From the UHGV virus genome UHGV-0174779: a stretch of 64,000 nt of DNA. One strand, 5' to 3'. Below are positions 54,701 through 64,000 of the stretch, in pieces. A program made the translations under genes and the position numbers. Positions within the stretch are counted from its first letter, which is position 1, and each line of letters opens with the position of its first letter. The notes under the pieces were generated by a model, which did not search any database, was not told the origin of the DNA, and saw only the letters and a list, made by a program, of their open reading frames with translations. The stretch is from a virus.

Positions 54701-56095
54701 GTTATTAAAATCTTCACCTTCACGAGCTTTGAATCGATTTGCTTCATTGTAGAAAGTCTTGTAAGCATCAATGAAATCACGGTCAGCTTGTGTACGATTC
54801 TTAATATCAATCGGACTACCAGTAAAATCACCAGAAGCTCGGAGAGAAGTTAATTCACGGTCTAGGTTATCTAGAACATCTGTAAGAGCTTTCGTGTTGT
54901 CTTTGGTGTAGTCAGCCATCGCATCCTTCATAGCAACAGCCTGTTTCTGGTTGTGCTCATTATCAGCGAAAGCTTTACCACGAGTCTTAGCAGGAGAAGC
55001 TAAAGGATTAAGGCCAGGAATATTGGAATGTTCTTTCTGAACAGAAGCAGCTTTCTCAGCACGAGCTTGGTCAGTATTAAGAATACGCTGAGCAGCAGGA
55101 GAATCTACAGCAACAGCATCTGTAATACGGAATCCATTCTCATCCAGAAGATTCAGAGCAGAAGCAGCGTTAGCAGTTTCAGCTTTAGAGTAAGCTTCTT
55201 TCAATTCATCAATATTTTTAGCACTACGAATCAGTTCGTCATCAGCAGCAATATCAGTCTTCGCATACTCTGGAGTGTTCTTGAAGACAGCAGAATCCGG
55301 ACGGCTAATCAAACCATGAACTCCACCAACTGCGCCACCAAATGCAGCACCCATAGCCCCTTCTTCTATAACACCTTCCAATGTCTTAGCTAGATCATTG
55401 TCATCACCATATTTGTTCTGAACCTCAGCAGCACCAACAAGAGCACCACCTTTAGCACCAGCCACTGCGTTACTAGCAACGTTCTGACCGATACGACCAA
55501 GAGCTGATTCAGCTGTCCCAACAGCACCCGGAAGGATTCTTTGAGCTGCATAGTTAGCACCACCAACTAGGGCTGCATCTAGAACAGACTTATCTTCCCC
55601 CTCTTTAGGGGTTTGGTCTGCATATGCACGACCGGTCTCACGACCTGCAATGATAGCAGCGGCAGCTAATGGGTTAGCAACTGTCAGACCAATGTCGGCA
55701 ACCACCCCAGCATACTGACCAGCAGACTTACCAATCCCATCCTCAATCTTATCCATACGTTCTTTCAAGAGGTTTTGAGCGTTCTCTTGCATACGCTTCC
55801 CGTAACCAGTTTGTGCTCCAGTTAGATCTTCACCAATCTCAACTAAGCCTCCAATACCTCTAGCAAGATTAGCAGAGATATTTGCACCACCAGATTGAAG
55901 AGCATTTGACACACCTTGAGCAAACTCACCTATAGCACCACGTTCTTCTTGTTGTGGTTGTGCTACTGGTTGTTCCTCAGGAATAGAGCCACCTGCTGCC
56001 TTATATTGTTCTCTCATTTGAGCTTGACGCTCCGGAGAGGCATTCAGATACGCAGGAGCTTTGGAAGCTTCTTCCCACGGTTTAATGTTAGCCAT
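51788..56095 (-). CDS. Large virion protein (about 1435 aa; internal or ejection / tape-measure-like)
   Basis: ORF 51788..56140; start moved to ATG 56095 (MANIKPWEE...) with AAGGAG RBS; Ala/Gly-rich N-terminal region then very long charged helical regions. Confidence 0.55.
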   Translation of the reverse strand: MANIKPWEEASKAPAYLNASPERQAQMREQYKAAGGSIPEEQPVAQPQQEERGAIGEFAQGVSNALQSGGANISANLARGIGGLVEIGEDLTGAQTGYGKRMQENAQNLLKERMDKIEDGIGKSAGQYAGVVADIGLTVANPLAAAAIIAGRETGRAYADQTPKEGEDKSVLDAALVGGANYAAQRILPGAVGTAESALGRIGQNVASNAVAGAKGGALVGAAEVQNKYGDDNDLAKTLEGVIEEGAMGAAFGGAVGGVHGLISRPDSAVFKNTPEYAKTDIAADDELIRSAKNIDELKEAYSKAETANAASALNLLDENGFRITDAVAVDSPAAQRILNTDQARAEKAASVQKEHSNIPGLNPLASPAKTRGKAFADNEHNQKQAVAMKDAMADYTKDNTKALTDVLDNLDRELTSLRASGDFTGSPIDIKNRTQADRDFIDAYKTFYNEANRFKAREGEDFNNFVEKATELQKMADNVSPEMKKAIGGLKKLKGMPEGFNPIQDAYTLNNTAKFMSNQDRGWTSLTDDGFREASSPSLVMNTLGAAKYALNRFSSQRARSQRVKQQESNSEAIRSLARGDLEVARAKSTADEARAKMEEEPVVDDIKFKTQNDVETEPVREPSSSTVTEENLPSSAPQETPLTARDLVAQRRAVKQAEQRRAQEEAAQAPEPTVEEPTVKAEPLPARAPKAPKEAVQDVKPASGVERLAAMSSAARQATKDRAERFARSLYSKAAKAKATAENFLAYKGDPKELMRRIRQEDNAINTERHEEMARNQLASQQGIATAKNNTVRTNFAEWVKERGLPEDIATKALRAEEKGLGGNVTNLDSLKRRAERLYQKQREDEFDRLYQQALEENKAFDRKDAPKLVDQKKELQSEIDALIDSEPLRPAQKDAMRKLMNDFVDGKFKSSEKAGREEALEVGQMKDIWDGFINTYNREVNAFNKANKNSQYEAFAKHIQAREERLATLKNKAQARSDAKAAVENERKTLEAIAAQKSEIEKMMEGLPKPVREAQESRTLKQLAAHHDKNSPVPPEKFRSYIERIHNAESDYLDRQRRLTDAEEDARQAKWNRMYEQAEEMNRKFDVDKRVKRSEELKAAQERENDLMAVQRQRDDIHRRLMRTMEDKGISREDAEAFAGSYMDNRYALLEKPMTPTEHQNARSRIEADVEKFAKKYESMTPIEKEIVKVTGDTEGKLDNLDADTRKAVEEAQKVDSDIKKLQEEELEMEKVRSALPDDERSQASSDILESIKQQEEAFADKAEKAFLNGKSLDELVSVAEVLDRVHGADKAGNNRRFVRALQTAAENKKKYGDNPVAWFSADDYSAIAKLGASSAGGNKSRALEKIFGSTAEQAKSKLLGRDDVAKMRRVIEENPDIKIPSYKTTNRTEYLQFLEKFNDEGKPKIKRGSLSEKLERSKRQSRLRVRVRPKE

Positions 56096-56162
56096 AACGT
56101 CTCCTTTTATAAATAAAAATGTCCTACCCCCTATATACATTATAGAAGGCAGGACTTAGGTC

Positions 56163-57812
56163 TTATTGCGTGAACCAGCTAGTGTCTTCGACAGCTGATA
56201 AAGCACCATTAAGCTTAGGGTTGGTTGCTGCACCCCCAACAGATTCTTCCGCTTGCTCAGAGAAAACACCTAGAGGGTCATAGAAACCACCAGAAGGAAT
56301 TGCACGGTTAACCAATGCAGTAGCTCTCTTCTTATCCATACCAGAACCGATGTAAGCTTCAATTGTCGCTTTCTTAGCATCAGCAACACCTTTCATTGCA
56401 GAGGTGTGACCAACGTTAGCTTGCTTACGAGCATAAGAAAGAGCAGCATCAGTAGGACGCCATCCAGACTTCAGTGCAAACTTGTTGCCAACACGAATGA
56501 AGATTGATGGGTCTTCTGCAAAGTGCCCCAAGTCTTCTTCGGTAAGAGAACGAGTAGCACCAATTTCAGCCCTTGCGGAGTTCATGATAGCCTGCATGTA
56601 AGCAGAACGAGCTGTCTGATAGTCTTTATCCTTAACAGCCTTGTCAGCCAAATCCAAGTCTTTGTTGGACTGGTTAAACAGACCACCTTTCTCTGCCCAC
56701 TGCTTAGCAACTGTACCCTCAGCTGTGTTCTGAGCAAGACGAACTTCTTTCGGGTTAAAGTTAAAACTCTGAGCAGCTTGTTCAGCACGTTCAGCCTTAA
56801 CCTTATCACGGAAGCCAATCAACTCTTTCTGACGTTCAAAGTTCATGTTAGCTCTTTCTTCAGCGGCACGACGAGTCTCATCAGCACGCTCACGCATAGT
56901 CTGCTCTTGAATCTGTTGACGTCTATCCCATTCAGCATTCTGACGTTCTTCACGAGCAGCATACAATGCTTCTTTCTGAGCAGGGTCTACAGCTTTCATC
57001 TTCAGCAGTGATGGGTCTCCGTTAGCAATAGCAGCTGCGATTGAGTCTTGAGAGAAGCCTTGTTCAATCAAAGCATCACGGTTAGCTTCCAGTTGCTTCT
57101 TAGTCTCGTCTTGGTTAGCCATACCTTGACCAATCTGGAAAGCTTCGATAGGAGACTTACCTGACATGATTGAAAGACCAACACCCATCAAACCTGTATA
57201 GAAACTAGAGTTCTGATAGAATGGCTCTTTCTGTAGCTTGTTCCAAGCTTCTGAAGGGTCTTTAGCTTTCGCAACTTGCAAGATATCATTGTTAACACGC
57301 TCTTGATCTTTAGCACGAGTAGCAGCAGCCATTCCATCACCAGTGTCTTGTCCTTGAGCAAGAGTGTTAATCACACCTTGTGCCTGTTCCACCTGAGAAG
57401 GAGTAAACTCCATAGGACCAGCTTCTAGCGGTTTAGTAGGAGGCGTTACCGGAAGAGGTTCTGATTCTTGAGGAATAGAAGAAGGAGAAAGTCCAGCAGC
57501 TTGCATGGTTTCTTGGTTCTCAAACTCAGGAAGAGTTACAGCCTGTTGTGCTTGAGGTTGTACATCATTCGGAATATCAGAAGGAAGCCCGTTACTCTGA
57601 ACAGGATTCAACATATTCTGATAGTCGACTGAAGTCTGACCTACAAGAGAAGAAAGTCCAGCAGGTATAGCAGGTCGTTGATACATAGAAATATCTGCTG
57701 TCTGAGTAGGTCTCGCCATATAAGGAGAGGCCGAAGCCGCTCCCGGATTAACACCATAGAAAGTATTTCTCGGGTCACGACTTCTGACCTGAGCGTAAGT
57801 TGTCTGTTGCAT
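56163..57812 (-). CDS. Virion protein (putative internal or tail protein)
   Basis: 549 aa ORF in structural block; P/Q-rich N-terminus, helical C-terminal half. Confidence 0.5.
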   Translation of the reverse strand: MQQTTYAQVRSRDPRNTFYGVNPGAASASPYMARPTQTADISMYQRPAIPAGLSSLVGQTSVDYQNMLNPVQSNGLPSDIPNDVQPQAQQAVTLPEFENQETMQAAGLSPSSIPQESEPLPVTPPTKPLEAGPMEFTPSQVEQAQGVINTLAQGQDTGDGMAAATRAKDQERVNNDILQVAKAKDPSEAWNKLQKEPFYQNSSFYTGLMGVGLSIMSGKSPIEAFQIGQGMANQDETKKQLEANRDALIEQGFSQDSIAAAIANGDPSLLKMKAVDPAQKEALYAAREERQNAEWDRRQQIQEQTMRERADETRRAAEERANMNFERQKELIGFRDKVKAERAEQAAQSFNFNPKEVRLAQNTAEGTVAKQWAEKGGLFNQSNKDLDLADKAVKDKDYQTARSAYMQAIMNSARAEIGATRSLTEEDLGHFAEDPSIFIRVGNKFALKSGWRPTDAALSYARKQANVGHTSAMKGVADAKKATIEAYIGSGMDKKRATALVNRAIPSGGFYDPLGVFSEQAEESVGGAATNPKLNGALSAVEDTSWFTQ

Positions 57813-57825
57813 ATTTGTCTCCTAA

Positions 57826-58794
57826 TTAAGTACTAGCCAACCCACCGATCACGCCCCCAGCTAATGCACCCCAAGGTCCAAAGGAAGAACCTGCTGCTGC
57901 ACCACTCATAGCTCCACCAAGGAAACCACCTTTGCCACCAGATGTTTTAGTAGTTGTAGTTTGTCCGAGAGCACCGTTAAGTACACCTGCTGCACCGAGT
58001 TGGTTGTTGATATCTTGCCATCCCCAATTAGCTGCGTTCTGAGCATTCTGGTAGGCATTATCATATTCATTCTGTTGTTGCTGTTGTTGCTGCAACCCTG
58101 CATTCCATTGATTCATCATTTGCTGTTGAGACAAATTAGCACCTTGCTGACCTAAGTTAGAAAGATTAGAACCGATAGTAGAAAGACCTGAGAGAGCAGC
58201 TGCCTGATTCTGTCTGTTACCAGAGAGGATACTTTCAGCCTGATTGATAGCAGAGTTATAGGCACTGTTGGTAATATCTGTTGCTTGCCCTTGCATCTGA
58301 TTCAGAGCATCACCTTGGGCAAAAGATTTAGCCATACGAGCACCTGAGCCTTGCTGACCAGCATACTGTTGAGCTAACTGAGGAAGAGCATTACGTGCTA
58401 GATTCTGTTGAACCTGTTCATTATTAGCTGTAATGGCTGCTTGCACAGCGTCATCATCATACAGTTGACCAGCGAGAGCACCAATCTGTTCTCCAGTAAT
58501 CCCACCTTGTCCAGAGAGGCTCTGATAACCTTTATAGGCATTATCTAGGTATCCTAACCCTTGACCTGCTGCATCCATATATTGCTGTGAGAGAGTTCCT
58601 AGAGCGCCAGATTGTGCCAAGTTATTAAGAGCTTCTGTCTGGTTGTTATTAAACCCTACATTGTCACGATAAACATAATCCCCTGAACTAGTATTACCAA
58701 TCTGTTGGTTAAGCTGGTCAATATACTGTTGAATGTATTCAGGGCGAATCATTTGGGAAGTAGTTTTACTACCCCCGCCTCCGAAAAGTCCCAT
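57826..58794 (-). CDS. Gln/Asn/Gly-rich virion protein (paralog of 58807-59859)
   Basis: 322 aa; N-terminus MGLFGGGGSKTT, Q/N-rich middle, C-terminal GALAGGVIGGLAST. Confidence 0.5.
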   Translation of the reverse strand: MGLFGGGGSKTTSQMIRPEYIQQYIDQLNQQIGNTSSGDYVYRDNVGFNNNQTEALNNLAQSGALGTLSQQYMDAAGQGLGYLDNAYKGYQSLSGQGGITGEQIGALAGQLYDDDAVQAAITANNEQVQQNLARNALPQLAQQYAGQQGSGARMAKSFAQGDALNQMQGQATDITNSAYNSAINQAESILSGNRQNQAAALSGLSTIGSNLSNLGQQGANLSQQQMMNQWNAGLQQQQQQQNEYDNAYQNAQNAANWGWQDINNQLGAAGVLNGALGQTTTTKTSGGKGGFLGGAMSGAAAGSSFGPWGALAGGVIGGLAST

Positions 58795-58806
58795 ATCAAA
58801 TCTCCT

Positions 58807-59859
58807 TTAGTTTGCTCCGAATGCCCCTAAGACACCACCTAAGATATTACTACCTGCTGTGGATAACCAGTTAGACTGACCTCTCTGTTGAGAAAGATTA
58901 GAACCTCCAATCATAGGACCAGCCATTCCAGATTGCCCACCTGAGTTGTTATAGGAACTCCAAGCATTCTGAGTCTGTTGATTAGGAGAGAAAGCACCCA
59001 TACGCCCTGCAATACCTAATCCAGTGATACCAGCACCTAGGAGCTGTTGTCCAGTGTTAACCCCCGGAGCAGCATTCTTAATCGTGTACCCAGCCATTGG
59101 GCTTACACTGTTTAATACATTAAGCTGGTTGTTAAGCTGATTCCACCCATACTGCTGAGAACCAATAGCGTTCTGCCAATTAATATCAGCTTGAGCTTGG
59201 GCTTGTTGCTGTTGTAGATTACCAGCCATGAGTTGATTCTGAATAGCCTGTTGAGTTGCCTGAACACCTTGGGCACCAAGATTGAGGTTCTGTCCAGCTA
59301 AACCAGACTGAGCACCAAGCAAACCTCTCTGGAAGTTCTGATCTTGTTGAAGAGCACTTACACCCATGTTCTTGCCACTGATAGTACGAGACAGGTTAGT
59401 GTTAGCACCATTCAAAGCAGCCCCTTGAGCCGCAGCCCTACGGAGGGAGCCGGAGTCAGAGCCATTGCCAAGAGAGACATTAGAAGCTGCTTTGCTAGTA
59501 GCTTGTGCAAGAGCCGAATTATTCAAACCTTTACTAAAGTTATTAACCCCTTCAGCCGTTACTCCACCACCATTAACAATATTCTGATACTGTTGAGCAA
59601 GAGCGTTTAATTGGTCCAACCCTTGCTGTGTACGAGGTGTGTACATATCAGCCAATTGCTTCTGAGTAGTAGAAGCTGCTAAGTTGTTCAGAGCACCCTG
59701 TTGGTTGCCATTAAACCCAGCCAGCTGTTGGGAGATGAATCCCGGATCGTTGTTCTGCATATTCTGAGCATTAGCAACAATCTGCTTCAGCAGGGCATCA
59801 ACCTGAGAGGAAGGGGCTACTGTGGTTTTGCTAGAAGCTGATTTTCCAAATAAAGACAT
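58807..59859 (-). CDS. Gln/Asn/Gly-rich virion protein (paralog of 57826-58794)
   Basis: 350 aa; N-terminus MSLFGKSASSKTT, C-terminal ILGGVLGAFGAN. Confidence 0.5.
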   Translation of the reverse strand: MSLFGKSASSKTTVAPSSQVDALLKQIVANAQNMQNNDPGFISQQLAGFNGNQQGALNNLAASTTQKQLADMYTPRTQQGLDQLNALAQQYQNIVNGGGVTAEGVNNFSKGLNNSALAQATSKAASNVSLGNGSDSGSLRRAAAQGAALNGANTNLSRTISGKNMGVSALQQDQNFQRGLLGAQSGLAGQNLNLGAQGVQATQQAIQNQLMAGNLQQQQAQAQADINWQNAIGSQQYGWNQLNNQLNVLNSVSPMAGYTIKNAAPGVNTGQQLLGAGITGLGIAGRMGAFSPNQQTQNAWSSYNNSGGQSGMAGPMIGGSNLSQQRGQSNWLSTAGSNILGGVLGAFGAN

Positions 59860-59878
59860 AAGTCCTCCTTAAAGATTA

Positions 59879-60661
59879 TTACTTTACACCAATGCTAGCC
59901 AAACGTCTGAGCACTGCCTGTGTTTGTGGACTGTACTGAGAACCTGCTGCATGTGGTGCACTTGCCCTCTGAACTGTTTGAGAAGTAGGAGGTTTACCTG
60001 CAAGCATAGCAGCTACTCCTAATACTGCATTACCAAAGTTCTGTTGAGGCTTCTGATCTTCTCCATCTTGCACTTCATCAGAGTAAAACTCTACCGGATT
60101 GCCACCTAAAACACCAGTCTTAGAAGCAGCAATTTCTGCCTGAGTCGGAGCTTGTGCGGCCTTCTCTCTATCTAACAAGTCAGGACTAAACTGATTAACT
60201 GGTTGAACAGCTTGCAAAGCTCCAACAGGGTTAGCAATCTGAGAAGCTGCATCACCATAGAAAGGAAGAAAGTGTTTATTGTTCATAGAGTCAAGAGCTT
60301 GTGGAGTAAACCCTCTTTTACCAGCGAACATTTGCTTAGCACCACCGATACCTTCCGAGTAACCAACCATTGCTTTCTTAACATCGCCATTAAAAGCTTT
60401 TAAGTTATCTCTGATATAACGAGCACCCATGTCAATATTCTTTGCTGGGTCCAGTCTATCTTCCAGTTTGTATCCATAGTCTTTAGCCAACCCCTTACTA
60501 ATCTGCATTAAACCTACAGGACCAGTTCCAGAAGCCACCGTAGGACGACCACTAGACTCTCTTTGGATTACAGCATGAATCAAAGCAGCAGGAATCCCAT
60601 ACTTCTTTGAAGCCTGTTGAACCATTGGGTCTAGTTCTTCAATACCCATCTTAATTGCCAT
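59879..60661 (-). CDS. Lytic transglycosylase (SLT domain), virion-associated
   Basis: 260 aa; ALIHAVIQRESSGRP...GPVGLMQI...MGARYI is the SLT-domain signature. Confidence 0.75.
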   Translation of the reverse strand: MAIKMGIEELDPMVQQASKKYGIPAALIHAVIQRESSGRPTVASGTGPVGLMQISKGLAKDYGYKLEDRLDPAKNIDMGARYIRDNLKAFNGDVKKAMVGYSEGIGGAKQMFAGKRGFTPQALDSMNNKHFLPFYGDAASQIANPVGALQAVQPVNQFSPDLLDREKAAQAPTQAEIAASKTGVLGGNPVEFYSDEVQDGEDQKPQQNFGNAVLGVAAMLAGKPPTSQTVQRASAPHAAGSQYSPQTQAVLRRLASIGVK

Positions 60662-60673
60662 AATATCTCCTTG

Positions 60674-61705
60674 TTATAGTCCAGCAAAAACCTTAGCTGC
60701 ATTTATTACAGGAACCGATAAATTAACTACAGTGTCAGCTCCTAGGTCGTAATTTTGATCCCACTGAAACAGATACCTTCCATAGCCAGTTCCTATCGCA
60801 GAACCACTCATGGTGTGAGATCTCATTTGCTGATATCTCCATCCACTGCCTTGGCCTTTTATTGCACCTATTCCAGAGGTAAGAGGTATCATGGGGTATG
60901 ACATTCCAGTGTTACCACCTCCTGAGCCTATAAAAGTATCCACAGTGAAAGGTGTTCTGTTAGTAGAGAAGACACATTGTGTGGTACCCGGAGAGTAGAT
61001 ATTCAAACCTCCATTATGTTCCGGAACCCCTGCCCCATTGCAGAATACTGCAACTCTAGCAAACACTGAACCACCCTCATTAGTGTTGCCGTTTACGTAA
61101 GGTCTGTTCTGGTAGACACGAATAACTCTGTCATCAGATGTGTAAGACAGGCCAAGACCTCCATCAGACCAGTTAGCGAACACAACAGCGTTTGCCATAT
61201 TGAACCCACCGATATTTGGTATCTGAAGGGCATTGTTTATGACCCCCTGCCAAGCCCAAATACATTGACCAACAACTCCAGCATCTGATATGGAAAAATA
61301 GTCTGCTGTATTTGAGAAAGTGATTCCGTAATTCCTATCAGCTCTAGGCCAAATTTGATAAACGTTGAACCCACAATCAAACAGGGGGTTACTGCCAGGA
61401 TTCTGGTTCAGAGTAACCCTAAAAGATGAGGCATTTTCTACATAGATGTTATTTACACAATAAACATCAGGGACTAAGTTAGGAGGGACTTCCCATTGCC
61501 AGCACAGAGAACCAGTGGGGACAATAATTATCTGACCACTACCATCCCATCCACTAATAGGGAAAGATCTCCCAGCTCCATTAAAGTTAAAACTCCCTCT
61601 TATACTATTCTTGAACTGAGGGAAAGTACTTCCGCTATCAATAAATAAGGGAGCAGGGGTTGCTGGCCCCGGCCCTACTGGTTGTGCCCATATTCCATAT
61701 GCCAT
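60674..61705 (-). CDS. Tail protein (putative)
   Basis: 343 aa, Gly/Asn/Ser-rich, in tail block. Confidence 0.45.
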   Translation of the reverse strand: MAYGIWAQPVGPGPATPAPLFIDSGSTFPQFKNSIRGSFNFNGAGRSFPISGWDGSGQIIIVPTGSLCWQWEVPPNLVPDVYCVNNIYVENASSFRVTLNQNPGSNPLFDCGFNVYQIWPRADRNYGITFSNTADYFSISDAGVVGQCIWAWQGVINNALQIPNIGGFNMANAVVFANWSDGGLGLSYTSDDRVIRVYQNRPYVNGNTNEGGSVFARVAVFCNGAGVPEHNGGLNIYSPGTTQCVFSTNRTPFTVDTFIGSGGGNTGMSYPMIPLTSGIGAIKGQGSGWRYQQMRSHTMSGSAIGTGYGRYLFQWDQNYDLGADTVVNLSVPVINAAKVFAGL

Positions 61706-61706
61706 A

Positions 61707-62675
61707 TTACCAACTCCCTATTCTAATTCTCAGAGCACCACTTCCATCGTAGAAGTCTATTCTGTTTCCATTCATCCACAACTGTGCCCCACCTGTACCA
61801 CCCATAACAAAATCACCACCAACGGTGAATCTCCAGTTAGTCCCTGACATTGTACCGGCTGTTATTTTATCCGCTGATAGACTTTGGATCTGAGCGTTGG
61901 TTATTGATACATTAGTAATCTGTCCCCACTCAATAGTCGCAGTTGCAATTTGAGCAGAGGTGATAACTACGTTAGTAATGTCAGCAAACTCCATAACAGC
62001 CCTACCGTTCTCAACCTTGAATGGTGTACTTCCTGATGTGCCATCAGATACCACAAACTTATCAGCTGTTACTTGGAATTGGCTTATAGATCCATTGTTT
62101 GTTAACTTTACCCCTGCTGTCTTACCATTTACTGTGGAATTAACACCCCAAGTAGCTTCATACTCAGTTAGTTTCATATACTGAGAAGCACTACCTGTCC
62201 CATTCGTTAAATCAGATTGAATAAGGGCAATCTCTTGTCCTTGATCATTGACGATACCTTCAACAGTTTGAATAGATGCCGTATTGCCTTCTATTGAAGT
62301 CTTAATACCAGACATAGTTGAATCCAATTTGACAGGAGGGCTAACCGAATTATCCCAAATATCATCGGTGGATAGATTACCCATTTGTGTTATGATATCT
62401 GCAATGGCAGTCTCAATCTCTGTCGTAACACGGTTCTCTAGTTCATCGAATTGCAAATTCATAGCATGAAGGGCTTTAATACGAACATCAATCTCCTCAT
62501 GGATTTCATCTATAGCTTGGAACATTTGATTAGTTGCAGTACTAATATTCTGGAGTTCATCATATATTGCAACGTTATTAGTTTCTACACTCTCAGAGGT
62601 GTTTAGAAAGCCCACACTATAAGGTTGTGTTGTGTTGTTTCTTCCGGTATTCTTACGAAAGCCACCAGCACCCAT
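61707..62675 (-). CDS. Tail fibre or tail-associated protein (putative)
   Basis: 322 aa; N-terminal coiled-coil then Thr/Ser/Gly-rich beta-like region. Confidence 0.45.
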   Translation of the reverse strand: MGAGGFRKNTGRNNTTQPYSVGFLNTSESVETNNVAIYDELQNISTATNQMFQAIDEIHEEIDVRIKALHAMNLQFDELENRVTTEIETAIADIITQMGNLSTDDIWDNSVSPPVKLDSTMSGIKTSIEGNTASIQTVEGIVNDQGQEIALIQSDLTNGTGSASQYMKLTEYEATWGVNSTVNGKTAGVKLTNNGSISQFQVTADKFVVSDGTSGSTPFKVENGRAVMEFADITNVVITSAQIATATIEWGQITNVSITNAQIQSLSADKITAGTMSGTNWRFTVGGDFVMGGTGGAQLWMNGNRIDFYDGSGALRIRIGSW

Positions 62676-62725
62676 AGAACCTCCTTACAATAAACAAGAA
62701 AAGGGAGCACGAAGCTCCCTTGTTA

Positions 62726-64000
62726 TTATCTTCGCCCGCCAACAGCAAACTCAATAGTTAACCCATTGATAGCTGCATTACTGTTAACATCATTATCTAT
62801 AACATTATAGAATAGATACGGATGGTTCAGTCGGACGCTTACATGCCTGTCCACACCAATTATATAAGGCTTTTCACTGTGGATATGCCTATCCTCCTGG
62901 TCCGAATACTGACTACCGCCAGCTTGGAATATGTAGGTACCCGACCCTGTTACTTGTGGACGGAATCGATTTATGTGCTTCTGATTCCATTCATTAGTTA
63001 CATTGTCAAAATCAATACCAGTTCTTTCCAGTCTCATCTCTAAAGGCTTTTTGACAACAATGTCATTCAGCCTATCATAAGAATAGTCATAAGGGCCTAT
63101 GTCTACTTGGTAAAAACCTTTCATCCAAGAACCTACTACAGTTACTCTCTGACGGAAGTTAGTAGAATCCTTTCTCCACACAAGCTCACTAATTGATGGA
63201 TCATCCCAAGTATACTCTTGGAAATCAACCCAAGTAGGACCTTTCTCTAAAGTCGGAGGATCCACTAAACCAATACAATGAGAGAATGGAATTGTACGAA
63301 AAGACCATGTATCAAACTCATAATTCCATACAGCAGCTTTTGTACAAGCAAAACTCCCAGCAGGTTCTCCGGGACCAACATAGAGGATCCACACTTCCTT
63401 CTTATCCTGATGCAGATGAACCTTAGTGGCTAAAGGGTTTACTAAACACACCTCATTGATAAGCATATTCTTGACCCTGTTGGATGCAATAGACTTCTTG
63501 GTTGCACCATTGTGTAGAATAACATCATTCTGAGTAACAACAAAGTGACCACTTTCAACTTCAACTACACACTCAGGTGCTAAGATTCCAGAATCATTGA
63601 ATAGTTTCTTGAACATCAGTGGCTGATATGTGTTGTTAGTTGGAGATCCAATGTAAGTCTCAAACTCTGTATAGATAAACAGGTAATCTTTAAGAGGAAG
63701 AATCTCAACTAAACTACCATTTGAGTCAGCTAGATCTATATACCCGGCATACCCATTTTCCAGAGCCTCAGTCTGTCCTACAACATTTGCTGCTAAGTCT
63801 GAAGTCACATATCTATCATAAGCAAAATCATCCCATAGAGTAGGTGCCTTATTCTCATTAGCATAGTTAGACCAGCGAAGGCGAAGAGGGTAATGAGTAG
63901 TAACCCCTGATGCATTAGACTCTCGCATATTAAGAGCAAATAGGCGATTATTAAATGCACGAATCCTCTCGCACTTCCAGTTATATTTCACAACAGATGG
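62726..64000 (-). CDS. Virion or tail protein (partial; 5' end beyond window)
   Basis: Frame remains open upstream of the first start codon (GTG 63991) to the window edge. Confidence 0.5.
   Translation of the reverse strand, partial: PSVVKYNWKCERIRAFNNRLFALNMRESNASGVTTHYPLRLRWSNYANENKAPTLWDDFAYDRYVTSDLAANVVGQTEALENGYAGYIDLADSNGSLVEILPLKDYLFIYTEFETYIGSPTNNTYQPLMFKKLFNDSGILAPECVVEVESGHFVVTQNDVILHNGATKKSIASNRVKNMLINEVCLVNPLATKVHLHQDKKEVWILYVGPGEPAGSFACTKAAVWNYEFDTWSFRTIPFSHCIGLVDPPTLEKGPTWVDFQEYTWDDPSISELVWRKDSTNFRQRVTVVGSWMKGFYQVDIGPYDYSYDRLNDIVVKKPLEMRLERTGIDFDNVTNEWNQKHINRFRPQVTGSGTYIFQAGGSQYSDQEDRHIHSEKPYIIGVDRHVSVRLNHPYLFYNVIDNDVNSNAAINGLTIEFAVGGRR

Noticed and set aside
52282-55393. Plus-strand ORFs inside the 1435-aa minus-strand gene (52325-52552, 52610-52912, 55028-55393 and others)
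   Set aside because: Antisense to a long, well-supported structural gene; Ser/Leu/Phe-rich translations typical of reverse frames.

Overview
The window is almost entirely coding and reads as most of the genome of a virulent tailed dsDNA phage. There are three transcription blocks: minus-strand late genes at 1-11576 (tail fibre, Ig-like capsid extension, major capsid, scaffold, portal, terminase), plus-strand early and middle genes at 12711-51714, and minus-strand virion, tail and injection genes at 51788-64000. The plus and minus blocks converge on a bidirectional terminator at 51747-51790; the minus block runs off both window edges, so the assembly is probably a rotated or circularly permuted genome. 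Recognisable plus-strand functions include a T7-type primase-helicase interrupted by an HNH-containing intron-like insert, a T7-type DNA polymerase split into separate exonuclease and polymerase genes 7.5 kb apart, thioredoxin, ThyX-like protein, dCTP deaminase-like protein, PhoH, Dps-like protein, SSB, T7 gp6-like exonuclease, a spanin pair, a sigma-70-family protein and several HNH endonucleases. The overall layout is reminiscent of phiEco32-like coliphages, but that is from memory and unverified. The most interesting candidate system is a tightly packed enzyme block at 24030-33416 (ATP-grasp ligase, one or two amidoligases, a class-II glutamine amidotransferase fused to Cys-cluster modules, a gamma-glutamyl cyclotransferase-like protein and several unknown proteins) that looks like a covalent-modification or small-molecule pathway. 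Other notable signals are a -1 frameshift site fusing the capsid protein to four Ig-like domains, a non-AUG start context for the amidotransferase, a CCA-adding-type nucleotidyltransferase, a 1.6 kb non-coding region with three consensus promoters, and several families of repeated intergenic elements. All protein assignments rest on motifs read by eye and on gene order; no database search was run.
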